A stretch of 59,241 nt of DNA, filler included, from Dirinaria sp. TL-2023a (lineage: Eukaryota): the NCBI GenBank assembly GCA_051941275.1. It is 2 parts of 2 records of this genome, joined end to end, with 100 filler letters (N's around TTAATTAATTAA, not from the genome) between each part and the next. Parts side by side here need not be neighbours in the genome. Positions count along the whole stretch, not along the records: positions 1 to 29,600 come from JAVEBF010000113.1; 1 more part is not named here. One strand, given 5' to 3'. Of the stretch, positions 12,837-25,123 are shown piece after piece. The notes beneath the pieces are model-generated. The model saw nothing but the letters and a program-made list of their open reading frames with translations. It ran no database searches and was not told the origin of the DNA. The position numbers and the translations under genes are program-made. Positions within the stretch are counted from its first letter, which is position 1. Each line of letters starts with the position of its first letter.

Positions 12837-15161
12837 ATGCCCGAGACATCTACCTTTGAGTTCCAAGCATGTCATCCCCTTCTCTGTTAGCCAAGCTCTG
12901 CAGCTAATTGTTTGGCAGGCTGAGATCTCCCAGCTCCTATCATTGATCATCAACACCGTAAGTCTCTCCTTTCCTAGCCACTCGGCCACTCTACTAACAC
13001 CTTCCAGGTCTACAGCAACAAGGAGATCTTCCTGCGAGAGATCATCTCCAACTCCAGCGATGCTCTAGACAAGATCCGCTATGAGGCCCTCTCTGATCCA
13101 AGCAAGCTCGACTCGGGCAAGGATCTTCGGATCGATATCGTTCCGGACAAAGCCAATAAGACGCTGACCATCCGCGACACTGGCATTGGTATGACCAAGG
13201 CTGCAAGTGCTCCCTCTCTTTGGCATAGCCGCCACCGCTGACCAGGTGCAGGATCTGGTCAACAATCTGGGTACCATTGCGCGCTCCGGCACCAAGCAGT
13301 TTATGGAAGCCTTGACCGCCGGTGCTGACATCTCAATGATTGGCCAATTCGGCGTTGGTTTCTACTCTGCCTACTTGGTAGCCGACCGGGTCACGGTCGT
13401 TTCCAAGCACAATGATGATGAACAATACATCTGGGAGTCTAGTGCTGGCGGTACCTTCACCCTTACGCAAGATGAGGAAGGCGAACAGCTCGGTCGTGGT
13501 ACCAAGATCATCTTACATCTTAAGGACGAGCAAACCGACTACTTGAATGAGAGCAAGATCAAGGAAGTCGTAAAGAAGCACTCTGAGTTCATCTCATACC
13601 CTATCTACCTCCATGTACTGAAAGAAACCGAGAAGGAAGTCCCAGATGAGGATGCGGAAGAAACCAAGGAGGACGACGAGGAAAAGAAGGCTAAGATAGA
13701 AGAAGTGGAAGATGACGAAGAGGATAAGGAAAAGGACAAGAAGAAGACTAAGAAGGTGAAAGAGAGCAAGATCGAAGAGGAAGAGCTTAATAAGACAAAG
13801 CCTATCTGGACCCGAAACCCTGCAGATATTACGGCTGAGGAATATGGTGCTTTCTACAAATCTCTTTCAAAGTATGCAATTGTTCGTTTTCATGTTGGAA
13901 CTTGCTAACGCCATTCAGTGATTGGGAAGACCACCTCGCAGTCAAACACTTTTCGGTCGAGGGCCAACTTGAGTTCCGTGCTATTCTGTTCGTGCCCAAG
14001 CGAGCCCCGTTCGACCTGTTCGAGAGCGGTTCGGGCAAGAAGAAGAACAACATCAAGCTCTACGTTCGTCGCGTTTTCATCACCGATGATGCAACTGACC
14101 TTATTCCGGAATGGTTGAGTTTTGTCAAGGGCGTGGTCGACTCCGAGGATCTGCCGCTAAATCTGTCACGTGAAACCCTCCAGCAGAACAAGATCATGAA
14201 GGTCATTAAGAAGAACATTGTCAAGAAGACCCTTGAACTCTTCAACGAGATTGCTGAGGACCGCGAGCAATTCGACAAGTTCTATAGCGCGTTCAGCAAG
14301 AATATCAAGCTTGGAATTCATGAGGATTCCCAAAACCGCCCAGCTCTCGCCAAGCTTCTGCGCTTCAATTCCACCAAATCTAGCGACGAGACTACCTCTC
14401 TTACTGACTACGTCACGCGTATGCCAGAGCATCAGAAGAACATGTACTACATTACGGGCGAATCCCTCAAGGCCGTGCAAAAATCGCCGTTCTTGGACTC
14501 GCTCAAAGAGAAAGGTTTTGAGGTCCTCTTCCTTGTTGACCCAATTGACGAGTATGCCATGACTCAGCTCAAGGAGTTTGATGGTAAGAAGCTCGTCGAC
14601 ATCACCAAAGACTTCGAGCTGGAAGAAACCGAGGATGAGAAGAAGCAGCGCGAAGTGGAAGAGAAGGAGTACGAGAATTTGGCGAAATCGCTGAAGAACG
14701 TCCTTGGTGACAAAGTTGAGAAGGTGGTTGTCAGCCACAAGCTCGTCGGCTCGCCCTGTGCCATCCGAACCGGACAATTTGGCTGGTCTGCTAACATGGA
14801 GCGTATCATGAAGGCCCAAGCTCTTCGTGACACATCGATGAGCTCTTACATGTCTTCCAAGAAGACTTTCGAGATATCGCCGAAATCTGCGATCATCAAG
14901 GAGCTTAAGAACAAGGTGGAGGCTGACGGCGAGAACGACCGTACTGTCAAATCGATCACCCAGCTACTTTTCGAGACATCGCTCCTAGTCTCCGGGTTCA
15001 CTATCGACGAGCCCGCCGGCTTTGCCGAGCGAATCCACAAGCTTGTTTCGCTCGGCCTGAACGTCGACGAGGAGGCAGAGACGACCGAGGAGAAGGCTCA
15101 GGAAGAAGCCGAGGCTCCTGCAGAGGCAACTGGGGAGAGTGCTATGGAGGAGGTCGACTAG
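12837..15161 (+). CDS. hsp90: Cytosolic Hsp90 chaperone
   Basis: Motifs [47 protein letters not shown] and C-terminal MEEVD. Introns are 12867-12918 (GC-AG), 12958-13007, 13203-13251 (GC-AG) and 13872-13918. Confidence 0.98.
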
Positions 15162-15898
15162 AAAAGGCAAGGCATGTGCAGCAATTCTTCCTGCTACCTC
15201 TGCTTCACCTCCATGTCTATTTGCTCTGGGCTTTGCAGAAGCTGCCATCGCTCCTAACCGAGCCAATACCTTGGCTTCTGCCCTTTCTTTGCGCATGTAC
15301 CAAATAATAGTTGCACAGCACGAGCGTTCAGTGGCGTGTTAGGTAGACCAGATTCATCAAAAAAAGTTTCTACTTCCATCGTGAGAGTCTGCTCCATCGA
15401 CGCATCCCGTACCCTGGCAAGAATGGGGGGGCTCGTCCCATCGGTGCATGACTTCATTGGTTTTTCTTTTGTGGCATCTTTTTTAAATCACGTTGTCTAA
15501 CTGTGGTACTGCTACAGCATTATCGATCTAGTTATTTAACAATCGCACCTCAACAGTTGCCTAGGCCAGCGCTAGGTCCTTTCGTTGCTTCCCTTTTTTG
15601 TCATGAGTTTGCTGTTCTTGGAACCAGCCTCCTTCTCGAGCATGGGATAAAGTAAGTTACCTTACCTACCTTACCTTAGTAATTATGACCTGACCTTGAA
15701 GTACCCGGCCTTCCGGGACTCAAAGCAGCAATTTGTGGGGCTCTTGCAATGCCTCATGACCCCCCTTGGACTTTCCTTTCACAGTGTTAACAACTTTTCC
15801 ATCCCCTCCACTCCCACCACACCTTGTCTTCTCCCACCCAGCGATCCTGTGGTTGACATTACTGTCGTTACCGTCGTTCATCTCGCTGCCGAATCAGC

Positions 15899-17399
15899 AT
15901 GCTCGCTATGCTCCGGTCAGTCGCTCTTCTCGCCCTCTGGGCGTGCTCCTACCCTATTGATGCGCGAGCCGAGTTCGACAACCAGACCGTAGCGTGTACC
16001 ACGCTACTACCTTCGCCTAAAGAGACGCAGTGCCCTCTGATCAGTACCTCCTATGCTTCGACCATGAAGTCCTCTGTGACGGTTGCCTGCGGAGGGAATG
16101 GTCTTGATATGCAAATCTTGCAACCGGACTGTAGCAGTGTGGTATGTGTTGAGCATATCTAGTTCATGTCCCATACTCTGGCAAGAATAGGTCACCACTA
16201 CTTACCTATTTCTCCTGCATGATACCCCCTTAGTGTGATACTGATACAGCATTGGCGCTTCAATGGTGGATTATTCCATCATCATTTCACTAATGCATTC
16301 TTTGTCATGCCACTCTCCTGCTTGAAATTGGCACTCAATTAGAACGAGGGATAGCTAACAGCACAAAGGCTCCTAGCTATAAGGTCACGTTCAATGAAGG
16401 CACTTGGACCTCGACAAGCTATTTCTGTGCCACCACAGCCGACTCTCCAGTAAGTTGAGTCAGTGCTGGCCTAGTCTGGACTATGATATGCTAATAGTAA
16501 CGTTTTAGAACTATTCAGCTACTGCAGCACACCCGCTCGAAGTCATTGTCACTGAGACTGACGAGCCAACCTCGACACTTACAGCCATGGCCGATAAGAT
16601 CGAGCTCAAGCACCGAAGATGGAAGTCCGTATACGGTTCACCAGCTTCGAAGCACCCAAGACCTAGGCCCACCATCTGGGGATCACCTCATAAACCGATG
16701 ACTAGAAGCATTGAAGGGCCATCATCTGAAGAATGGCATGGGCATTCTCCCCAGCCACCTCGTCGGCGATGGAAGCGAATATATGGTTCGCTTGCACATA
16801 CGCAGCCGGTGACTGTTAGCATTACGTCGAGCACAACATCCGTTCATGCACCGGCCTCGAGTGTTCCATGCTCTGCCATTGACCCATTCATAAGCGAGAT
16901 TCCCTCCACAAAGGCTAACGGCACTGGAGGTCTTTTTCGCTTTGAGTGCGGTCTCTCTCCGCAGCTTGCCTATGAATGCCCTTACCTTTGCGGCTACGAT
17001 GTTGGCAAGGAAATGGGACAATGTTTCGACGAAGATAGGAGTACAAACACCACCAGAAGTGACGGAATGGCTTACAGCTGCACGCACTGCTTCTACCCTT
17101 CCCGGAAAGTCATCGCTTCGGCCAGAGGCGAAAAGCCGACGTGCACGTCGATTGACCCGTTGCATCCGGCGTGCCCTCCAAGTGTGCGATTTAACGGCAC
17201 GGATCCACCGATCCGTTACCAGACTGCTTGTAGTACCAAAGCTGGCGAGATTCAAGATTGCCCGTTCCTTTGTACTGCCGTGGACACACCGGATCAGTAC
17301 CGTTGTGAAAAAGCGGACGTCAGTGGCACCACGTTCCAGCCGTTGAGTCTGATACAGACCTGCGTTCAATGTCTGCCTGCTTGCGACGCAGATGCATGA
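15899..17399 (+). CDS. Secreted Cys-rich protein with duplicated C-terminal module; internal exon structure partly unresolved
   Basis: Signal-peptide-like MLAMLRSVALLALWACSYPIDARA, donor at 16142, exon 16369-16449, then intron 16450-16508 leading in frame into ORF 16587-17399. Confidence 0.65.
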
Positions 17400-18401
17400 T
17401 GGCGACAGGGTCGCGTGGAGGACAATTTCTTAGTATTCTGCTGCTAGCGCTTCGCATCATGGTTGCATACACGAAGCTTTGACACAGGTAGAGATAGATT
17501 TGATGCACCACACATAGAGACCATCGTCCCAAAAATGCCAAGAGCATCGCTGAAGCACACTTCCTCCGTGATCAAAATGTGAAAATTGGGCGTTGACAGA
17601 TCAGCTGTTGTTTCCGTCAGTTTGACTAGGAAAATCTTCATCCCACGCGGGATGGTCAGGTGGAAGACGAATGGTCGCACCTGACGGCAGGTCATCCACT
17701 CCCCCAAAAATAATCATAAAGAACTGTCCTGTACCTTAAGGTACCTAAAGTACGTACTCATACATACTGTACATTACTAAGGTACGGAGTACCTACTGTA
17801 GTACCTTGAAACCTTTGCTGGGGGTCTAATAATAATAGGGGACATCTGAGGGGTCAGGATCCCTCATCAGGGTCCTTCGTCAGGGTCCTTAGTCCTTACC
17901 TAAGTACCTTACCTTACCGTAATGGTAGTTGTGTGCCGGCGGGCGCTGGGCCCTTGGGTTGAGTCAGTGGCTCAGTTTGCTTCTAGCCGAAAGCAATTCG
18001 AGCTCCTCGGAGCCAGTAGTAGTAGTCAACCGGGCCAGTCAACCCCTCACAAAGCTTCCCCAACTACACACACCTACTTCGCACATGTATTCTTGACAAC
18101 TGCTCCCTTGTGCCTTACTGACTCTGACCACTTGATTCATTGCCCGCGCATTGCGACCTGCTCCTTTCGAAGCCTAACAAGACCATTTACCCTCCTCTAC
18201 ACACTGCTAGTTATGAATAGACCAACCTTTGACGACGTGTAAGGCCTCTTACAATCGACCCGCGCTGGTACAGGACTCGGAGTCTCCTTGCCACACGCGG
18301 CACCCAAAGACTACCTTGTCACCAGCACTCGTGGAAGCAGACACTAACAGGAACACCCATTCCGGGAACTTGCGAATGGAGACAAAACCGAAATTGCCGT
18401 T

Positions 18402-20566
18402 ATGAACCAAACCTCAACTAATGGTTGGGCTGCCATGGTCCCGGGTCCAGACGAAGAGTTCGCAAACTTCCTTGAATTTGGCGACCTTCAGCTCGAGCTC
18501 TCTCCGTTTGAGACTTTGGGGCACGATGGAGGAAATACGCAGGAGGAGGTTGGTGCGACAATGGATACAATCATGGACAACGCCCCATCCATAGACGACT
18601 TTGGCATCGATCACATGTTACAGCAGCCAGGACAGCCAATGGCGAATCCGTTGACAAACCGGTACAATGGCAGCGCAGATCAACTCCTTAACATGCAAAC
18701 ATCTGGGGAGCAAGTTGGACAGAACCACCATTTGCAGGCCAACCTCAAGCAGCAACGTCATTATGCTCTGAATATGGTACCTCCTACTCCAAATAGCATC
18801 GAGATGCATGGAGGAGTCTCAGGCTATTATCAAGCTCCCATGCATCAACAGACGCACTCATACGAACACTATCCGCCTAGTCGTCGGGATCAGGTGGGCT
18901 TATCGAGTGGCAAAAACATGAAGTGATCAGCTAACATAAGAGATAGATGGTTTTTACCCCACTGGTGTCGCCTGCCGTCACTCCTCTCGATAGTCATTTT
19001 CAGTATCCAGAGCCTCCATTGGTAGGCGACAGCTTCAGCCCTTTGACGTCACCCGCTATAGAAGCACGAGCCCATGCCGCTCATTCTTCGGCCTTCGAAA
19101 CAATGCGCAACTCGGACACCTCAGAGACAACATCTCCGATCGACCTCAGCGCAAGTCTGCCGGCCTCCGGCTCTGTACCCGCCAAAAAGACTCGTCGGAA
19201 AACCCTACCAACACAAAAGAACCCTGCGAGATCCGTCAAGCAATCCCCTGCAATGAAGCCGCAGAGCAGAAAAAAACAGACCACTAGCACGACGATCCCT
19301 CAGCGAGAAGTCTCTGGTATCATCGAGGAGGCATCAAAGAAGAAGGCCGGGAAAGCTAGTGCCTCCAGGAGCTCTGCCAATCTTCCACTTCCGTGCACTC
19401 ACGACAGTTCCGAGGCTGAATCCATCTCGCCCGAGCCGCTGTCCGAGATATTGATGCCTCCTCCTGCGACACCGAAATCTAGCACCGCTAGCCAATCGCC
19501 TTCTTTAGTGGCGAGGAACCCTACTTCCAAATCTGCACCTACAACGTCTATGCCCGAAGAACCTGCTACTCCAGCATCATTGATGAGGATCAGAAAGGGA
19601 ACAGGAAGTACTGTTACTAAACGGCAAGGATCCTCCAGTTTGAAGGAGCAGGCGGTGCTGGCGGAGATGGATCCCGCGGGAGCTATGGAAGACATCGCTC
19701 TACCGGAACCAGCAAGGACCTCGAAACCAGCTCTGACGCCCATCAACACGGCCGAGGCCAATGACGAACAAGTCACGCCTACCTTGTCGGGGCAAAAGAC
19801 GCCAAAATGTGGGACCACAAGTGCTCCGCTAACAGCGACCAGCTCGGTGTTCCCAAGTCCTCAACTGAGTGCCTTGGTATCACCAGGTGGCACTAAGTCT
19901 AGTAAAAGTGCGCAACCTAAGAACAATTTTCGTGAAAGAAAGAAGCGGACCAGCAGTAGTTCCGTCCAGGTAAGTCCAGCACTACGCCCAAGGATCTCAC
20001 CGAGCATCAAGCCTTTGCTTCCAGAGGGTGGTAAGTTGCCTAACTCTCATTCTCGTCTCATGGAGATTGAATCTGCATGTCGACTGGGCTGACCGTCCCA
20101 AGCAGCAAGCGTCTCTCCGGAAACATCAGCTTTGCTCTTGGCTTCCAAATCCAACTATCAAAATATTCTCGAAGGCACCCATTTGCCTGGGGTTTCGTAC
20201 CCGGAAACCCTTTCGACGAACCTCACGTCCAAGCGCACGTCACACAAACTCGCCGAGCAAGGTCGTCGGAACCGCATCAATACGGCGTTGCAAGAGATTG
20301 CTTCTCTGCTCCCTCCCTCAACGCCCAACCTGAACGGCAGCAATGGGAAGTCGCCGAGCGCGAATGGCAAGGATGAGCCGGCAGTGCGGGCGGGCGATGC
20401 GATGCTCACCGGCACCGCGGCCCAACAGAGCAACAGCAAGGCGAGCACGGTGGAGCTGGCGATCGAATACATCAAGAGTCTCCAAGGGGAGCTGAACGAC
20501 GTTAAAGGGCGGCTGGAGGTGGCCGAGCAGGAGTTGAAAAAACGTCAGGCTGACGGCGACGGTTAA
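18402..20566 (+). CDS. nuc-1: Phosphate-acquisition bHLH transcription factor (Pho4/NUC-1/PalcA family)
   Basis: bHLH KRTSHKLAEQGRRNRINTALQEI...SKASTVELAIEYI is preceded by LLASKSNYQNILEG. Many SP/TP sites (FTPLVSPAVTP, FSPLTSPA). Introns 18894-18946 and 20031-20105. Confidence 0.9.
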
Positions 20567-20706
20567 GTGTGTCGGTCAAGTGGGGCGATGTGACGAACAG
20601 GGCGGCTATCTGCAGCAACTTATGTATGCAGTAATGGTTGATGGCATGCGACTACTTAGTCAGGGCGTTCATGATTGACGGAATGGCTGTTGAGGGAGAT
20701 GCAACA

Positions 20707-20736
20707 ATTATTATTATTATTATTATTCTTCTTCTT
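20707..20736. repeat. Compound microsatellite (ATT)7(CTT)3
   Basis: Read directly, downstream of nuc-1. Confidence 0.9.
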
Positions 20737-21683
20737 CTATGGAAATGGAAGAACGTGTCAATATGGCTCCAGATGTCTGCACTCAAGATGTTCTCCCGTC
20801 TGTAAATAGAAGACGTAAGATTACATTTGAACTTTGCTCCGGATATTATTACATTATGTATCTACTCAGACTTACCTTAATGAATATAGGATTACGAGTA
20901 CACGGTTTGAGTGAGGAACCTGTCCCCAGATACTTTAGTAAGACTTACCTTAAGGCACCTCACCTCGGGCAGGGCAGGCATAATCCAGAACTCGTACTCG
21001 TACTCCGTACAATCTGCTTTCAGTTAGATCTGATAATGTGGAGGCGGGGGACTGGTTGGACCGAGGGACTCTGGCAATAATGAAATCCCCCACCTTCCAA
21101 GCTCCCCCTCGTCCCGCCTGCTCGCTGCGTTTAGGGAGGTACCTCTCTGTCCTATACTTATCACTGTACTCGTACAAGTACATTACTTCACTTTACCCCC
21201 CTGATGCTGATATAGAGTACAGTCCGACCTCAATCAGCTCTGCGCAATCATCTTCTCCCTGTTCAAGAGCTAGACGAACTTTCCAAAGCCCCTTGGTGTC
21301 CCCAACCTGGATAGCTCGGCTGGCCCGGTTGTGTAATCGGTCCGCATCGGGATAGCGATACTGTAGCTCCTCACCTACCTTACCTGACGTACCTGGCTGG
21401 CCCCAGGAACTCCCCATTCCATTTCGGCTTTTCAGTTTTGGCAAAGATTCGTTTCATTATTGTTATATCCAGTTCAGATCATCCGCTCCATTATTCAGCG
21501 CAAGTCACGTTCGCTCTCGTCATCAATCCTCAGTCTCTTGACTCATTCCACCTGATCTCGCGGCATCACTGGATCATCTACCGTACGAAGCTGTGCCCAG
21601 AAACCTTGATCGAAGTACATCAGCTACTTCGGCTGAATTCCGAATTCTGTACTTAATGTGCAGATGCGAATGCAGCTCTTTGA

Positions 21684-24600
21684 ATGCCCTCATCGTTTGA
21701 GCAAGCGCCCACCAACCAGCATCATGCTGCCGACAACGAGATCGAGCATCAGGACGAAGCTCCCAAGCTTCGAACTGGCAGTGGGAAGCGTGCAAAGGCC
21801 AGGCGAAAGGATGGCTCGGCTGGGGAACCTACAAACCAAGGAACCATGACAAGTCCGCCGCTCGACGCGATGTAAGTTTGAACCGTTGCAATGACCGCGC
21901 TTGGCCACGCATGTCCATATTATACCTATTCCCTTTTCTCTGAAGATTGTGTCCGGTTGATGATGGGAATGATAGACATCCAAATCCAGCGTCCTTCAAC
22001 ACACGACATACACCACCATCTCCAAACCTGGCGCCCACGAATGTCATATCCTCACCCCTCCTCGCTGCCTTGAACGCGCGTCCGCAAGGAAACGCTCAAT
22101 ACCAGGAAGGAGTGCTGACTGGTGAATGGGCAAATGCCGTGACCTTTGGTAGCAGCCCTCCTGAGAGGCGCTTTGATGGGACCAGCCTAGGAGGCTCACC
22201 CCCAAACTACTTGCAGTCACGGAGCGAGCTACGTGGCGGCTTCAGTCATACTTCCCCTCCAGCGTCACCATCTGCAACCTATAGGCAGCTTGCACGACCG
22301 AACAACACTTACCAGAGTTTTGGTGACTACTTGGGCTCCTCTCCCGGCCAGCCAAGATCCGTCCTAATAAACACAAAGGATCCATACCCGCCACCTCCTC
22401 ATCAGCCTCAAGCTCATTTCTACGGAACCCCGAGGATAGATTTCGGAATGGCTAAGCCACATACCGATCATCCTTCGCCTGTGAAGCCTTCATGTTGCTT
22501 ATTCGACAGCCTTGCATTAGCTGGCGAAGGTCCACGGGCCACAGATGATGTACTCTTGGTTGGCCTCCAGCACGGTTTAGAGGTTTATACCATTGGAAAG
22601 ACAAAGCCAATGCGTATTGGGTCACTGGAAGGCCTGCGAGGTGCGGTGTTAAATGCAAAAATCTTACCAGCGCAATCGGGAGCAGACCCACTTCGCTCTT
22701 ACCGGCCGCTGATCGCTGTCGTAGTCTATGGCTTCTGTGACCCCTCGGACACAGGAGGGCCCACGGTTACGAACCATCCAGAAGAGAGTTTGTTTGATCC
22801 GTCCAGCTCCATGCTTCATGCGTTACATGCAGCAGATATCAGCGGCACAGCAGAGGTTCCCCTTTTGCAGACTTCAGTCGATGTGTACTCACTTAAGGAA
22901 CAGAGATACCTAGCAACACTTTATAAGAGTCCGCGACTTCAAGCGGGAGAGACTCAAGTCTACAATGACAGCCGGGTACTTCCTCCAGAAGCTAATTTAA
23001 GTATCCAAGCCCGCGGTAAGTTTATTGTGATAGCGTCTGGGTTCAGTGGAGAGCTTTTCGTCTTCGATAGTCGAAGTTTTGGATTGTCTGACACCACGGC
23101 TGGCTTCCAATGCTTGGGCAAATTCTGGACAAGAACCTCACCAACGCGATCACGTAGCTCGTCTGTGTCGTCAGACTCTTCGGAGGCTGGAAGCTTTTCC
23201 ACACCCTCCTCGGCAAAGAAAAATGGGTCGAGCACTGCGATCTTCAGTCTGAGCCATCGATGGCTGGCTTTGGTACCACCCGTGGCATCGACGCAGCGGA
23301 CAATGCACGGAATCGTTGTTGGAGGGCATTCGCCGAAAGAAGTCCCTGGACTTAGATCACATACAGCGCCACCTGAGCCTCCAATAACATGCGAAACTGA
23401 TACCCCAGAGGCCGAAAGCTTGCTCAACAAGGTTGCGCGAGATGTGGCGCAGGAATTCATGAAGGGCGCACGATGGGTCGGCGGCCAGGGACTGCAAGCC
23501 TGGAACAGTTACTGGTCGAGGCCTCCCAGCCAGGACAGTGCAGCATTTTCAAACCCTTACCCACCTCAATCGGCACCAACAACGTACGCACAACAATCGT
23601 TTCCGCCTACTCACGCCAACGACACGCCTTCTACACGCAAGAGTAGCCAGCCAGTCTCGATAGCGGTACTTGACCTAGAAAAACTCACGGAAGAACAGCA
23701 TTTGAAGCCTGACAAGGCAATGCAGCCTGTTGCGATTTTCCCCTTGACATACGGATGCAGTTTCGTGTCATTTGCTCCCAGTGGTCTTCACCTACTAACA
23801 ACGAGCACAAAAGGTGATGTTCAGCAGGTATGGAGTCTATTGCGAATGGCAAATAGGGAAGCTCTCACGAGCGATACTGAGAACAAAGCACCTGTGGTAC
23901 GCGAAATCAAACGTTTCACCCGTATGACTGAGGCGATTGTTGTTGACATCATATGGGAATCGCCGAAAGGTGAGAGGTTAGCTGTTGTGACCGATAGGGG
24001 CACTGTTCATGTGTATGACATACCTTCGGCCGCTCTGCAGTGGCCTCCACCAAGGCGACTGCTTCGACATGCCAATGCTGCCACAGCTCCTACTATACCC
24101 AGTGGGAGCGACGAATATTCCAGTTCCGCCGGTACTCAGCAGGAACATGCGGGCAGCAAACTCGGCACAGCCTTCAACATAGTCGCCGGACGTACGCAGC
24201 CATTCTTCTCTGCTGTTCGTCGCAGACCCGCGAGCGTTGGCAGCGCCTTCTCAGGCTGGAGCGGTCTGAACATACCTGCTGCCACAGGTGCGAAAAGTAG
24301 CAGAGCGATGACGGCTGGATTCAACAAGTCTGTCGGTGCCGCAACTGGGACTGTCAACTCATTGCGACACCTTGGCGAGAATCGGTTCTCCCTGCCTACC
24401 TCACACGATTCGATTATGCGAGGCCGCGCACAGTGGTTGGGGGACAGAGTTCAAGGACGAATTGCTGTCGTGGGTGGACAAACAATACGGATTCACAGCG
24501 TCGCTCGAAGCACCAATTCAAAAGCTCGCACGAGACGCTCTTCGGTGACTGCTCAGAAACCCGTAGAATACGCCCTCCCAACATTGAAAGCCCCGGTGCG

Positions 24601-25123
24601 AAGGCCTCACTCGAGCCACGATCCAGCGTATAGGAACGCGGAGCACGAGATCTCGCCACAACCCAGTGGATTTTGGCAATCTCCAGTAGCAAGCCACCAA
24701 CAGGGGGGCGCCATTCGGGATCCACACCCACTGTCGTATGCAGAAATCGAGACGAATGCTCCATATCAGCCCTTCCACACCGATCGGCGCGTAGGTTTCT
24801 ATGTCTACGATGATGATGATGCTGTTACTATGGCCCCGCAGCAAGCTTCTGCTCCGTGGGTCTTTGGCGAGCCCATCGCTACGACGAAAATCCGCGTCAA
24901 TTCTGCCGCCTTGGACGAAGACACAGCGGCCAGTCCGGATCCAGCGGCTCCATTGGAGAATCTGATCAGTGTGGAGGAAACGGATCAAGAAGCACAGCAA
25001 TTCGTTGTGACGACACGACGCAAGCGAACCAATAATAGTCAAATAGGCGACGAGATGATGGAGGATGCCGACTTCTTCGAGGACGACTACGCGGTAGTTG
25101 ATTTTGCCGATGACCGGGTGTAG
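21684..25123 (+). CDS. BCAS3-like WD40/beta-propeller protein (autophagy-associated family)
   Basis: Exon 1 21684-21871 and intron 21872-21945 join in phase to the 1058-aa ORF. Segments FAPSGLHLLTTSTKGD, RFTRMTEAIVVDIIW, LAVVTDRGTVHVY and LSYAEIET resemble BCAS3-family proteins. Confidence 0.7.

Noticed and set aside
14166..14819. Long antisense or alternate-frame ORFs over hsp90 (also 16722-17369, 24518-25231, 28510-29292)
   Set aside because: Expected shadows of biased codon usage in real genes, with no recognisable protein features.
16142..16249. AG|GT at 16190/16191 suggesting a recursive splice site
   Set aside because: No convincing branch point before 16190 and a poor donor (GTCACC). 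A single intron is the simpler reading.
17949..18010. tRNA-like A-box (GTGGCTCAGTT) with a small hairpin
   Set aside because: No acceptor stem, anticodon arm or proper T-loop can be built.
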